Shown here: piece by piece, positions 38,911 to 49,047 of the stretch
Layout of the letters: the number at the start of each line of letters is the position of its first letter
How positions within the stretch are numbered: position 1 is the stretch's first letter
Source of the DNA: a bacterium
GTDB lineage: Bacteria; UBA8248
Direction of reading: 5' to 3'
Assembly: GCA_965204535.1 (NCBI GenBank)
Contig: CBDBEV010000001.1
Span: 1,376,001-1,440,000, forward strand
DNA length: 64,000 nucleotides
Position numbers and translations under genes: made by a program
The notes under the pieces: model-generated
Told to the model about the DNA's origin: nothing
The model's database searches: none
The model's input: the letters and a program-made list of their open reading frames with translations, nothing else

Positions 38911-41783
38911 TCGGAGATGGTGTAGGCCTCGGCCTGGGGCTTGTTGGGCCGGGCGAACCACAGCGGACGCCTGAGGTTGTCGGGGCCGGGCGCGGGCTTC
39001 GTCATCTCGAGCCATTGCTTGTAGTGCTCGAAGCTCTTCTTCGTGTCGACGCTGATGTCGCCGTAGCGATCCGCCGCCCCCGCCTTCGTCACCCGCACCT
39101 TCTGGTGCCAGCAGTGCATCCCGCTCACCGGGTCGGGGTTGACCGGGAAGGTGAGGTTCTGGTTCACGCCCACCTCGCGCCACCAGATGCGCTCCGTATC
39201 CGGGTCGTCGCTCTTGAAGGGCTGGACGCCGTGGACCTGTCTCATGGTGTATTCCCCGTCCCCTTTCTCGTCGAGGCGAACGACGGCGGAGGCGATCTTG
39301 GGCGCGCCCTGCTCCTCGCTCAGACGCCAGCGGCCGAGGTGATGCGCCATGGCGACGATGCCGGGCCGAAGACCCTCCGTCACCCAGCATCTCGTGACGA
39401 AATGGCCTATCGCAGTCTCGACTTTCGCGAGGTCGCCCGTGGCAAGCCCCAGGCGTGCGGCGTCGTCCGTATGGAGCCACAGCGGGTTGTTGTGGGTGAT
39501 CTCATAGAGCCACTTCACGGCCGAGCGCGTGTGGATGAGGGTGGCGAGGCGATAGTTGGGAAGCAGGTCGAACTCGTTGTTCTCCCTTTGCATGTCGCGC
39601 CAGTAGACGTGGGTCTTCATGTACTTGGGTATGGCTTCATCGCCCCAGTTCCAGGCCGCCATGGTCGGGCTGTAGAATTCGAGTTTCTTGGACGGGGTGT
39701 GGAAGCCCTCTCTCGCTCTTCCCCGGCTCATGTTGCCGATGAGCGCGCCGTCTTTCCAGACAGACCCCGTCGCCTCGTCCACGTGGGCGTCGTGCATCGC
39801 TTCGTCCGGAAGCTCGTGCATGTGGGGTTCGTACACGTTTTCCTGCACGGCGAAGACGCCGTATTTGCGCATGTATTCCAGCGGCGTCAGGCCTTCTTTC
39901 TCGGCGGCCTCGGGCAGTCCCGGCACGCCGTTCTCGAACATCCACTGGTAGTATTCGTTCACCGTGATCTTCTCGCCCGGCCTGTAGGGACTCTCGAAAT
40001 ACTGCCGGATGCCGAGCGAGCCGTCGGGGTCGATACGCCAGGAGAGTTCGATGTGGAGTTCGTCCTCCTCCCACACCTCGCCGGGGTTCGTCTCGCGCGA
40101 GGTCTCGAACGTCTCGCCCATCTTCTCGCGCAGCGCGCGGAGCACGGGCTGGCGGAAGCCCACCCATTTCGTGGGGTGCGTCTCCTGGCTCTGGTTGTCG
40201 TGGCGTTCCGTCGCGTTGCCCATCGGCAGAATGTAGTCGGCGAACCACGCCGTCTCGCTCCAGGTGGGGGTGAGCGCGACGTGGCAGCCTATCTTGTCGT
40301 GGTCTTTCAGCATCTCCACCCACATGAAGCCGTCGGGGTTCGTCCACACCGGGTTGTAGACCCGCGTGAAGTAGACGTCGACGCTGTGGCCCTTGTCCTT
40401 CACGAGATGGGGCATGAGGAAGCTCATCTCGAAAAACGCGAGGGGGTATTCCCGGGGGAAGAGAAGCTCGTTCCACTCTTTCGGTCCCGGCGCGGGGTTG
40501 GGGTGTTTGGGCACGAACTTGTGCGTGTTCGCCAGGTGGGTTCCGCCCACCGTGCCCACCGCGCCCGTCAGAGACGGCAGGAAGTGCAGACAGCGCGACA
40601 CCTGCCAGCCGTGCAGGTTGCCCGTGGCGGCCGCGCGCCATACGTGGACGCAAAGCCTGCTCCCGGCGCGGGCGACGACCTGCGCGACTTCGGCGATCAA
40701 GTCGGCGGAAACGCCCGTCTCCTCCGCCGCGTACTCGAAGGTGAACTCCGCGTATTCTTCCTTCAGCTTTTCGATGAAGTTCTCGAAACTCGCCTCTTCA
40801 TGGGGGTGGACGGTCCGCATGTATTCGGTCCAGTTAAACCATTCCTCGACGAACTGCGCGTCGAACTGACCGGTGTCGAGCAGGTAGCGCGCGATGGCGA
40901 GCAGAATCGCAGACTCGGTGCCGCTGTAGGCGGGCAGCCAGTAGTCGGCCTTCGCCGCCGTGTTGGAGAGCCTGGGGTCGATGACGATGAGCTTCGCCCC
41001 GCTCGTCTGCGCCTCGATGATGCGCTGGGCCGAGGGGTTGTAGTAGTGGCCCGTGTCGAGGTGGCTGCTGATCAGCAGGATGGCGTCGGCGTTGGTGAAA
41101 TCGGGCGATGGCCTGTCCGAGCCGTTCCAGAGGAACTGGCCGATGCGGGCGGAGGAACTGCACACGTTGGTGTGGCTGTTGTGGCCGTCCACGCCCCAGC
41201 CGGCGAGCGTCTTGAACATGTAGCCGTCCTCGCCGGGGCGTCCCACGTGGTAGATGACGCCGTTTCGCCGCTCCGCCAGAATCGCCTCTCTAATGCGCCC
41301 GGCGATGTCGTCGAGCGCCTCGTCCCAGCTCACGCGCTCCCACTTGCCCTCGCCGCGCTCGCCCACGCGCTTCAGCGGATAGAAGATGCGGTCGGGGTCG
41401 TAGACCTGGTTGAGCGTCACCCAGCCCTTCGCGCAGTTGCGCCCGCGCGAGGCGGGGTGGAGCGGGTTCCCCTCGATTTTCCTGATCTTCATGTCGTCCT
41501 TGTCGACGTAGGCCAGAAGTCCGCAACCCGCCTCGCAGTTGAAGCAAAGGGTCGGGACCAGCGCGTAGTTCCTCGCCACCTTCTGCGGCCATTTGGTGCT
41601 CTCGTATTCCGTCCAGTTGTCCCATTGGTCCGGGCTGGGATAGGAGGTGAGGGCGCCGTTCGTGTTCGTGTAATTGAGTTGTCCCGCCGGAGCCGCGGGC
41701 GGGGCCTTGGCCAGCAGGTCGGGGCGGCCCAGCGAGGCGACGTCGCGCGCGCCCTTGCCGATTTGAAGATGACTTGTGCTCAT
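38907..41783 (-). CDS. Bis-PGD molybdopterin oxidoreductase catalytic subunit (Psr/Phs/Ttr-like, probable Cys ligand)
   Basis: CFNCEAGC...CAKG [4Fe-4S] motif, RGEGKWERVSWDEAL, HTNVCSS and SETAWFADYILP. Confidence 0.92.
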   Translation of the reverse strand: MSTSHLQIGKGARDVASLGRPDLLAKAPPAAPAGQLNYTNTNGALTSYPSPDQWDNWTEYESTKWPQKVARNYALVPTLCFNCEAGCGLLAYVDKDDMKIRKIEGNPLHPASRGRNCAKGWVTLNQVYDPDRIFYPLKRVGERGEGKWERVSWDEALDDIAGRIREAILAERRNGVIYHVGRPGEDGYMFKTLAGWGVDGHNSHTNVCSSSARIGQFLWNGSDRPSPDFTNADAILLISSHLDTGHYYNPSAQRIIEAQTSGAKLIVIDPRLSNTAAKADYWLPAYSGTESAILLAIARYLLDTGQFDAQFVEEWFNWTEYMRTVHPHEEASFENFIEKLKEEYAEFTFEYAAEETGVSADLIAEVAQVVARAGSRLCVHVWRAAATGNLHGWQVSRCLHFLPSLTGAVGTVGGTHLANTHKFVPKHPNPAPGPKEWNELLFPREYPLAFFEMSFLMPHLVKDKGHSVDVYFTRVYNPVWTNPDGFMWVEMLKDHDKIGCHVALTPTWSETAWFADYILPMGNATERHDNQSQETHPTKWVGFRQPVLRALREKMGETFETSRETNPGEVWEEDELHIELSWRIDPDGSLGIRQYFESPYRPGEKITVNEYYQWMFENGVPGLPEAAEKEGLTPLEYMRKYGVFAVQENVYEPHMHELPDEAMHDAHVDEATGSVWKDGALIGNMSRGRAREGFHTPSKKLEFYSPTMAAWNWGDEAIPKYMKTHVYWRDMQRENNEFDLLPNYRLATLIHTRSAVKWLYEITHNNPLWLHTDDAARLGLATGDLAKVETAIGHFVTRCWVTEGLRPGIVAMAHHLGRWRLSEEQGAPKIASAVVRLDEKGDGEYTMRQVHGVQPFKSDDPDTERIWWREVGVNQNLTFPVNPDPVSGMHCWHQKVRVTKAGAADRYGDISVDTKKSFEHYKQWLEMTKPAPGPDNLRRPLWFARPNKPQAEAYTISE

Positions 41784-41801
41784 GTTCTTGAAACTCCCGT
41801 A

Positions 41802-43322
41802 TTACGAAAGGGGAACGGCCTGACCGGCCTTCACCCAGATTTTGTCCCAAAGATACGCGCCCGCCATGGCCATGACCCCGGCCAGCACCGCGCCGAAACC
41901 GCCGAAGCCGCCCGCCCAGAGAAGAAGCAGGGGCAGAACGCACCCCACGATGATGGCCCCACCCCAGAAATCGTTCTTGAACGGGCCCTTCGTCAGCAGG
42001 TGGATCGCCCGCTCATGCGCGACGGAACCGAAGCGGTGCACGAGAATCGAGAACACCAGAATGCTCAGGTGCAATAAGATCAGAACGGCGAGCAGCCCGC
42101 CCAGGACGCTCAGAGCGGACGCCTGATTCGCGATCGGGAACAGCGTGGCGAACAGAAGCAGGATGGCCGCGCCCTTGATGCCCGATTGCACGCCGATGTC
42201 AAGGGTGTTCTCGCTTCCTTTCCACAAATCGCGCGCCGATGCCTGGGCGAAGAAAAAGCCCGTGTATATCGAGGACAGCACGCCCATCAGAATGGTGGGC
42301 CACAGGATGAGGTTCATGAAGCCTTCCGCGCCGAAGAGCGCGCCCAGCACCCAGAGCAGGGTGAGAACGCCGTCCAGCGCGATGAACCACGTGCCCCACG
42401 CCATCCAGCTTCCCCAGTTCGAGCGCAGCATGATGTAGTAGAACCGTTCGGGCCGCTTGAGGTCGGTGATGAGCACGAACCCCGTGGCGGCGAGGAGGAT
42501 TCCGCTCAGCGCGGGCATCCAGAAGGAGAACAGCGAGCTTTTGAAGCCGAACATCCACAGAAACAGGCTGATGACCAGAAGGCCCGTGCTCGCGCCTTTG
42601 GTCAGCAGGTAGGTGATGATCTTCGTCTCCCAGGGAACCTCGTGGAAGGTGTCGTAGACGGTGCGGCTCTCGCCGGGCTTGTTCTCCCACTCGGGCACGA
42701 CGTCTTCTCGCTCCATGTCCATCTCGCCCTGCTTGTAGATGCCCGACTGGCCCGCCTCGGTGGGGTCCAGGAGCTGGCGGCTGCCCTCGAGATAGTAGAT
42801 GTTGGGCGCCGTGTTGTACTCGGGCTTTCTCACGTGGTAGGGGCGCTGCGTGGTGAGTTTCGATATCTTCGAATCCGCGTCCTCCACGTCGCCGAACACG
42901 CGGCACTGCGTGGGGCAGACCACCACGCAGGCGGGTTCGAGATTCGCTTCGAGGCGGTTCGCGCAGAAGTTGCATTTCTCCGCCGTCATCGTGTTGGGAT
43001 CGATGAAGAGCTGATCGTAGGGACAGGCCGCGATGCAGGACTTGCACCCGATGCACCAGTCCGGGTCGAGGTCCACGATGCCGTCCTTGCGCCGGAAGAG
43101 CGCCTTCGTCGGGCAGATGTTCTGGCAGGGCGCGTCGTCGCACTGGTTGCACAGGACGGGCAGAAATTCCCGCCTCGTGCTCGGGAAGGTGCCTTTTTCG
43201 ACTTCCTTCACCCAGCATCGCCAGACGCCGATGGGAATGTCGTGTTCGGATTTACAGGCGATCGTGCAGGCGTGGCATCCGATGCAGGATTCAAGGTCGA
43301 TCGCCATTGCGTACTTGGGCAT
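41802..43322 (-). CDS. Fused four-[4Fe-4S] ferredoxin (PsrB-like) and NrfD/PsrC membrane anchor
   Basis: CIGCHACTIAC, CNQCDDAPC, CIGCKSCIAACPY and KCNFC, followed by DLKRPERF, SWMAWG and about eight TM helices. Confidence 0.92.
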   Translation of the reverse strand: MPKYAMAIDLESCIGCHACTIACKSEHDIPIGVWRCWVKEVEKGTFPSTRREFLPVLCNQCDDAPCQNICPTKALFRRKDGIVDLDPDWCIGCKSCIAACPYDQLFIDPNTMTAEKCNFCANRLEANLEPACVVVCPTQCRVFGDVEDADSKISKLTTQRPYHVRKPEYNTAPNIYYLEGSRQLLDPTEAGQSGIYKQGEMDMEREDVVPEWENKPGESRTVYDTFHEVPWETKIITYLLTKGASTGLLVISLFLWMFGFKSSLFSFWMPALSGILLAATGFVLITDLKRPERFYYIMLRSNWGSWMAWGTWFIALDGVLTLLWVLGALFGAEGFMNLILWPTILMGVLSSIYTGFFFAQASARDLWKGSENTLDIGVQSGIKGAAILLLFATLFPIANQASALSVLGGLLAVLILLHLSILVFSILVHRFGSVAHERAIHLLTKGPFKNDFWGGAIIVGCVLPLLLLWAGGFGGFGAVLAGVMAMAGAYLWDKIWVKAGQAVPLS

Positions 43323-43470
43323 GAAGATTCCTCACTTGAGATGATGCGCGTTTCTCATATCTTGGTTTTGGTAGTCCAAAGCTAGAACTTTGCGGCGGGC
43401 GTGTCAATTGAGGCAGAGTGATCGGGATTTTTCGCATTTTCGCGCGCTTGGCCGCCGGGGAGGAGACGGG

Positions 43471-44049
43471 GTGACCGGGGAGGGATCGATCAACCACAAG
43501 CTCGCGTATCTGGCGAGGGGCCTCACGCTCGCACGGATTCTTGCAATCCCCCTGTTCGTCTGGGCATTGCTGCGCATCGATTCCGCTCCCGACCTCAAGT
43601 GGCGGATTCTGCTCATCGCTGCTTACGTCTACGCGATCCTGAGCGACCTGATCGACGGCCCGCTGGCGAGACGCGCGGGTGCGAAGAGTTATTTCTGGGG
43701 GCAGGTGGACGCCTTCTCGGACGTGGCCTTCAACGCGGCGGCGCTCGCAGCCGCCGCCTGGGCGGGGCGTATCGGCCCCTGGGCTGCTCTGGGCGTCCTG
43801 GCGCTGGGCGCTCAGTTCCTGTGGCGGTGTCGGGGCGGGGCCGGAATCGAGGACGATTCCCTGCCCGAGGATGCGGCGGGGAAATGGGCGGGGGTGTTTT
43901 TCTATGCCTTGGTGGGCGTCGTCGTCTGCGAGGCGGGTTTATCGTGGAAATGGCTTGCGCCCATATTGCCCTGGCTCGGCCGTCTGGTATTTCTCTACGC
44001 CCTGTACCTGCTCATCCGCAACGCGCGCTCGCCTCAAAGAAGTCTTTAA
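43471..44049 (+). CDS. CDP-alcohol phosphatidyltransferase family protein
   Basis: LTLAR and SDLIDGPLAR...GQVDAFSD; GTG 43471 after AGGAG. Confidence 0.85.
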   Translation: MTGEGSINHKLAYLARGLTLARILAIPLFVWALLRIDSAPDLKWRILLIAAYVYAILSDLIDGPLARRAGAKSYFWGQVDAFSDVAFNAAALAAAAWAGRIGPWAALGVLALGAQFLWRCRGGAGIEDDSLPEDAAGKWAGVFFYALVGVVVCEAGLSWKWLAPILPWLGRLVFLYALYLLIRNARSPQRSL

Positions 44050-44050
44050 G

Positions 44051-44368
44051 GGGGCTGTTGAAAAAGCCCGTACAGGGTCCTGCAAGTAGAGGGTTTGTAG
44101 GGACAGGCCCCCGTGCCTGTCCCTGCGAAGCGCAACCACGGAGATGGATATATCCGATACGGGCGGCCACGGGGGGCCGCCCCTACGGGTGAATGCGGTT
44201 TTTGATCGTCATTCCGGCGCATGTTGGTTGACGCCGGCATATGCCAGAACGGCGATCTAAATCGCACCTCTCGCAATGATGAAGAATCAAACGTAGGGAC
44301 AGGTCGCGACCTGTCCCTACACCCCCCTCGCGTCGAACCCTCACTCCTCGGACTTTTCCAACAAACCC
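44051..44368. mobile_element. Non-autonomous element with IS1182-like ends and REP-like cargo
   Basis: Left end GGGGCTGTTGAAAAA is identical to the IS IR; right end TTTTCCAACAAACCC. Contains a REP doublet (44097-44186) and a perfect palindrome (44293-44320). No target duplication seen. Confidence 0.7.
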
Positions 44369-44370
44369 CC

Positions 44371-45312
44371 TCAGGCGGCGCGCCTCTTTCCGAACAGGTC
44401 CGAATACGCCTTCGGCATGAACAGCAAGCCGATCGTCCCGTTCGCCAGCATGAAGGTGAGGTGGGAGACGAGGCTGTAGGCGAGCAAGTCCGCTTCCGTC
44501 GCGTAGTCCTTGAAGAAGAATATCCACGCCGCCTGGGAGGTTCCCAGATGCGCGACCGTCACCGGAAGCGCGCCGATCATGAAAACGAGCGGCAGGAATG
44601 TCAGAAGCTGCAGCAGCGGTATGTCCATCCCGAAGAGCGTCAGGGCGTATTTGTGCACGAACAGGGAGAGCAGGAAGACGGAGCCCTTGAGCGCCAGGAC
44701 GGTGATGCCCTGACTGAACCGGACGGCCCGGAAGGTGTTGAGCAGGGTGTGGCCGCCGATTTTTGCGCCGCCGGCGCCCAGTCCCCCCCGCGCCACCTGG
44801 GTGATCAGCAGCCAGAAACAGGCCAGCCCGGCGGGCAGGGCGAACAGAAAGAGCGGTGCTCCGCCCGGAAAGGCGATGAGGCCGACCGTGGCGAAGGAGA
44901 TCAGGTTCGTGACTTCGAGCAGGATGAGCATGGCGACCGTGCTCGTGATCTCGGCGAGCGGGGTCTGGAACCTGCGGTGAAAGTAAAGCGCGAGCGCCAC
45001 CTGGGCGAGTTGGGTGTTGATGATGGAGACGACGTAGGTGACGGCGCGCACGGGCAGCAGGGTCGGGAACGTCAGGGGGCCGTGGAACCAGCGGATCATC
45101 CGGCTCAGGACGAAGGTGTCCATCAGGAAGAAACAGATCGAAAAGCACCCCATCACTATGAGGAAGGGCGCGAGCCTCGCCTTCGATATGGCCAGGACGA
45201 ACTCGCCGAACGGGATCCGCCAGAAGATGATGACGAAGATCACGACCGTGAGAGCGATGGGAATGACTCGTCCGGCTTTGCTCGATTGATGCGTATCCTG
45301 GTTTTGCTCCAA
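44371..45312 (-). CDS. Lysylphosphatidylglycerol synthase TM-domain (UPF0104, flippase-like) membrane protein
   Basis: About eight TM helices with LPVTVAHLGT near the C-terminus. Confidence 0.75.
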   Translation of the reverse strand: MEQNQDTHQSSKAGRVIPIALTVVIFVIIFWRIPFGEFVLAISKARLAPFLIVMGCFSICFFLMDTFVLSRMIRWFHGPLTFPTLLPVRAVTYVVSIINTQLAQVALALYFHRRFQTPLAEITSTVAMLILLEVTNLISFATVGLIAFPGGAPLFLFALPAGLACFWLLITQVARGGLGAGGAKIGGHTLLNTFRAVRFSQGITVLALKGSVFLLSLFVHKYALTLFGMDIPLLQLLTFLPLVFMIGALPVTVAHLGTSQAAWIFFFKDYATEADLLAYSLVSHLTFMLANGTIGLLFMPKAYSDLFGKRRAA

Positions 45313-45336
45313 AACGAAACTCCTTGAAGGCGCAGG

Positions 45337-46323
45337 CTATCCCTGGTGCGGCAGCGAGAGGTTTAATGTTTCATCTATGCCGGTGCGGGCGATGGGCGCG
45401 GCGCTCTGGGTTTCCTCGTCGTTGCACAGATGCTCGTAAAAAATAATATCGAAAACGGTGCGGCTCATGGGGGAGGAGGGGGAGAGGCGGCTGATGATGC
45501 TCGAAGCGGCCCGGCCCAGTCCCCTCGGAACCGTCAGGACTCTCGGCTGTTTCCCGATCCTCCGTCCGGCGCGGATGAGCAGTTCGCGGTAGAAGAGAGT
45601 CTCCGGCCCCACGAGGTTCATTCGCGCAAGCGGCGCTTCGGGATGAAGAATCGCCCACTCGATCGCGCTTATCACGTCGCCCAGGTATATCGGCTGTATC
45701 CGCACCGCGCCTCCCGCCACGAGGGGGACGACCGAGGAGCTAAGCAGCCGTTTTATCTGGTGCATCGCCGGGGTGTCGGCCCCCAGGATCATGGGCACGC
45801 GTAAGATCGCGCCCGAGGCGAAATTCTCCCCGATCACATCCTCGGCCTGGCCTTTCGTCCGTAAATACTCGTTATTCGACCCGGAATCCGCGCCCGGAAA
45901 ACTTAAATATACGAAGGACTTCACGCCTTGCGCCCGGCTCGCCTCGGCGACGTTTTTCGTGGTGAGCAGGTTCGCCCCGAGCAGGGAATCGCCCGCTCTC
46001 GGAACCAGCGAACCCGCCAGGTGGGCCACGCAGTCGGCGCCTTCCAGGGCTGGCTCAAGGCTTTCTGCGTCGTCGTAGTCCACCTGTATCAGTTCGGCGG
46101 GGAGATCGCGCAGGTTCGTACTCCGGCCCAAGTCCCGGACGAGCGCGCGCAGGCGAACCGGCCCGATAGCCGGATTCCCGCCCAGGCGTTCGATGAGCGC
46201 TTTGCCGACGGCGCCGTTCGCGCCCGTGATGGCGATGTCGATGGATTTTCTCCCGTGAACCGATAAGGCGTCCGTGCGCAGCGGGTTTTGAGCGTCCGCC
46301 GCGATCCGAAAAGCGGGGTTCAC
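45337..46323 (-). CDS. NAD(P)-binding epimerase/dehydratase-like (atypical SDR) protein
   Basis: ITGANGAVG, YLRTK and IQPIYLGD; start uncertain. Confidence 0.85.
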   Translation of the reverse strand: MNPAFRIAADAQNPLRTDALSVHGRKSIDIAITGANGAVGKALIERLGGNPAIGPVRLRALVRDLGRSTNLRDLPAELIQVDYDDAESLEPALEGADCVAHLAGSLVPRAGDSLLGANLLTTKNVAEASRAQGVKSFVYLSFPGADSGSNNEYLRTKGQAEDVIGENFASGAILRVPMILGADTPAMHQIKRLLSSSVVPLVAGGAVRIQPIYLGDVISAIEWAILHPEAPLARMNLVGPETLFYRELLIRAGRRIGKQPRVLTVPRGLGRAASSIISRLSPSSPMSRTVFDIIFYEHLCNDEETQSAAPIARTGIDETLNLSLPHQG

Positions 46324-46486
46324 CCTTCTAGGCGGGTAGGTTTGTTCCCTGCTTAGGGCGGCCCCGCAAAAAACGGCCGGGCATCAAGCCCGGCCTCGCT
46401 CTCTGGAGACGCTGTTCTCGTTGGACGGCTCGTTTGCAATGAGCGCCGTTCGTATGTCACGACTCGCGATTTCTTGACGCAGTTTT

Positions 46487-46993
46487 TCAATGGCATCCGA
46501 AAGTCGCAGGCATGTATACTACTTTCGCAATGCTCCCATTCTCAACGAGATAGTCCATGACAATCCCTCTCGTCGGGTATTGTTTCGACCGGACGCATTC
46601 TCCCTTCGCCTCCACTTTCGGGCGGTGCGCCTTGTCGATGTCGTAACGCGCATCCTTTCGGATATAGGTCCCGAGAAACCAACCTGCCACCGTTCTCCTG
46701 ATCGCCCTCTTGTTGAGGAATCGGAACACGTCATTTCCGACATCACTCATGCAACCCGGGTCACGAAACTCGATTGTTCTCACATCCTGATGAGTCGTAT
46801 GCCTCATGTTCGACGGCATAAAGTACAGGTTGGTTTCCTGATAAGACTGCGAGTACCAGCACTTCTTTCCTTTTCCATTCTGAATGAAACCCTCTTTGTT
46901 GAAGCGATGGCTGTATCTGTCCGCGCCTATAGCCACCTGCGCGAACGATACGAACGCAAGCACCAAACCCATAACCAAAACCATCTTTTTCAT
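46487..46993 (-). CDS. Hypothetical secreted protein, 168 aa
   Basis: GAGGAG RBS, MKKMVLV...AIGA signal peptide, four Cys; visibly lower GC than neighbours. Confidence 0.75.
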   Translation of the reverse strand: MKKMVLVMGLVLAFVSFAQVAIGADRYSHRFNKEGFIQNGKGKKCWYSQSYQETNLYFMPSNMRHTTHQDVRTIEFRDPGCMSDVGNDVFRFLNKRAIRRTVAGWFLGTYIRKDARYDIDKAHRPKVEAKGECVRSKQYPTRGIVMDYLVENGSIAKVVYMPATFGCH

Positions 46994-47108
46994 CTTACTC
47001 CTCTTCTAGCAAAAACACAGGTTATTCACGTTTTTCGATCTGCCGACACCTAGGTTCGCACCTTCTCACAGTTCAACAGTATAGGCTCTCTCTGTTGTGG
47101 TCTCCGGC

Positions 47109-48341
47109 CTACACTGTGAGCAGTTCGTGGGTCGGCGCGGTCATCTTCTCGATGGGCAGCCCGTGCGTGCAGGACCCGGCGCAGCTCTGGTGGCTGCAGG
47201 TGAGGCACGCCGATGCGCCCGCGCCCAGCATGGAGTACTCGGCCTTGGCGAATCGCACATCCTCGTAATCCGTCGCATACATGCGGGTGCGGAGCACGTC
47301 CGCGATGGGCACGTTCTCAGGACACGCGCCCGCGCAGTCGTTGCACGCATGGCGGCAGTAGGAGGTTCCGTTCAGCCGCGCGTATTTCTTCAGGATCGGC
47401 ACCTCGCGGCGCGATATCTTCTTCCAGCCCGAAGCGCCCACGAACTCGGTGATGTTGTCCTTGCTCGTCATCGAGATGATGAGCGAGTCCACGTTCGGGT
47501 TCGAGAGCACCCAGCGGAAGGCGGCCTGGGAGAACGTGGCGCCTCCTTTTTCATAAGGCCGCATGTCGTTCAGGCGCGCGCCCATGAGCGTCTTCATGGC
47601 GATGACGCCGATGCCCTTGGCCTTCGCCCGCGCGAGCGCCAGCGGCAGTTTCGGGAACCTGGCGATGAAGTCGAACCCGCGCGTGAAGCGCTGGTAAAAC
47701 GCCGGGTCCTGCCCGAAGTTGTAGGCGATGAGATACACGTCCACGACGCTGTTCTCGGTGCAGTAATCGAGGCACTGGATCAGGTTGCCCGCATGGCCCG
47801 ACATGCCCGAATAGCGGATTTTCCCCTGTTTTTTCGCGAGCGCGACGAACTCGCTCCACTCGGGGTTGCTCATCCTGTCCACGTCGTTCACCGCGTGGTT
47901 GAAATAGACGTCCACGTAATCGGTCTGGAGTTTCTGGAGGCTCTGCTCTAAAGAGCGCATCATCGACTCTTTCTTGTCGCTCGGTCCGGCATGCGTCTTG
48001 GAGGCGATGTAGACCTTGTCGCGCTTGCCCTTGAGCGCGCGGCCGATGGTGGTCTCCGATTCCCCCCAGGAGTAGCTCTCGGCGGTGTCGAAATAGTTGA
48101 TGCCCAGGTCGAGGGCGTGGCGTACGAGGTCCTCCTCATCGGAGCCGAGCCGGCTGCTGCCGAAGGAGATGTCCGACATCTTGATGTCCGTCGTGCCCAG
48201 CGTGACGTAGCGGCGCACCCGGTTCTGCGCGGCGTCAGAGTCCACGGCGCGCGCGAAGGGCAGGAGTCCCGCGCCCAGACCGGCGAAGGCGCCTTTGCGG
48301 ATAAAATCGCGTCTCGGAATGTAGTCGGTATGATGGGGCAT
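47109..48341 (-). CDS. Tat-exported aldo/keto reductase with a C-terminal Fe-S domain
   Basis: RRDFIR signal, GINYFDTAESY, LQTDYVD, CRHACNDCAGACP and CLTC..CAGSC. Confidence 0.9.
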   Translation of the reverse strand: MPHHTDYIPRRDFIRKGAFAGLGAGLLPFARAVDSDAAQNRVRRYVTLGTTDIKMSDISFGSSRLGSDEEDLVRHALDLGINYFDTAESYSWGESETTIGRALKGKRDKVYIASKTHAGPSDKKESMMRSLEQSLQKLQTDYVDVYFNHAVNDVDRMSNPEWSEFVALAKKQGKIRYSGMSGHAGNLIQCLDYCTENSVVDVYLIAYNFGQDPAFYQRFTRGFDFIARFPKLPLALARAKAKGIGVIAMKTLMGARLNDMRPYEKGGATFSQAAFRWVLSNPNVDSLIISMTSKDNITEFVGASGWKKISRREVPILKKYARLNGTSYCRHACNDCAGACPENVPIADVLRTRMYATDYEDVRFAKAEYSMLGAGASACLTCSHQSCAGSCTHGLPIEKMTAPTHELLTV

Positions 48342-48462
48342 CGGCGTTCTCCAGGATAGAGAAAGGTGGCGACTCCCTATCTCACCTTATTTTCCCGTCT
48401 TGGTCAATTCGCGATTTTTGTCAGTCTATTTCGGATCATCCACCCCATCAGAGGCTTGAAGT

Positions 48463-49003
48463 TCACTCTCCCCTTGAGGATTGTTGCCGACCGACGAGAA
48501 AGAGATTCACTCCCCCTGAAGCGGCCGCTGAAAAAGCCTGTTTTCGTGATTCGGTGCTTGGAGCCATCCTACGAGAGAGCAAATTCACTCCCCCCTTGAG
48601 GGGGAGTCGAAGAGCTGAGGGCTTAAGCCCGACAGCGATTCGGTGGGGGGGACAATACGGACTGGCGATAAAACGCATTTTACCCCCCACCGATTCAGCC
48701 TTCGCACAAACCGCTCGGCTTCATCGACTCCCCCTCAAGGGGGGAGTGAACTTCAACCTTCGAGATTGTTCGGCGTAGGGACAGGCCCCTGTACCTGACC
48801 TTGCGAGGGACAACCACGGGGGGCAGGACAACCCAAAAGGGTTGTCCCTACGGTTTTGGATTCCCCAAAGGCCTGTATTGCAGATTGCCGGAATGACGGC
48901 AATACGGATCTCGATTGTAGGGGCGGTTCGCGAACCGCCCCTACAGGTTCACTTCGATACGCGGAGAGGTGTAGCCGGACAGGCACAGTGGCCTGTCCGG
49001 GGA
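48463..49003. repeat. Intergenic repeat mosaic: family A fragments and copy 2, GTAG REP-like units
   Basis: ttcactctcccttgag near 48462; IS-like end gccgctgaaaaag near 48524; REP doublet 48775-48851; perfect palindrome GTAGGGGCGGTTCGCGAACCGCCCCTAC at 48917-48944. Confidence 0.8.
48584..48750 (+). repeat. Family A MITE-like element, copy 2 (complete)
   Basis: 27-bp terminal inverted repeats TTCACTCCCCCCTTGAGGGGGAGTCGA and TCGACTCCCCCTCAAGGGGGGAGTGAA. Confidence 0.9.
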
Positions 49004-49047
49004 CCCATATGTCCGCCCAATAGGCTACGAAACCTGCACCACTTAAA

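Noticed and set aside
38911-39480. N-terminal 190 aa of the 402-aa TorD ORF
   Set aside because: It is an out-of-frame overlap with the molybdoenzyme gene; the coupled ATG at 38910 is the likely start.
48463-49003. CRISPR array interpretation of the clustered palindromes
   Set aside because: There are no identical direct repeats with regular unique spacers and no cas genes.
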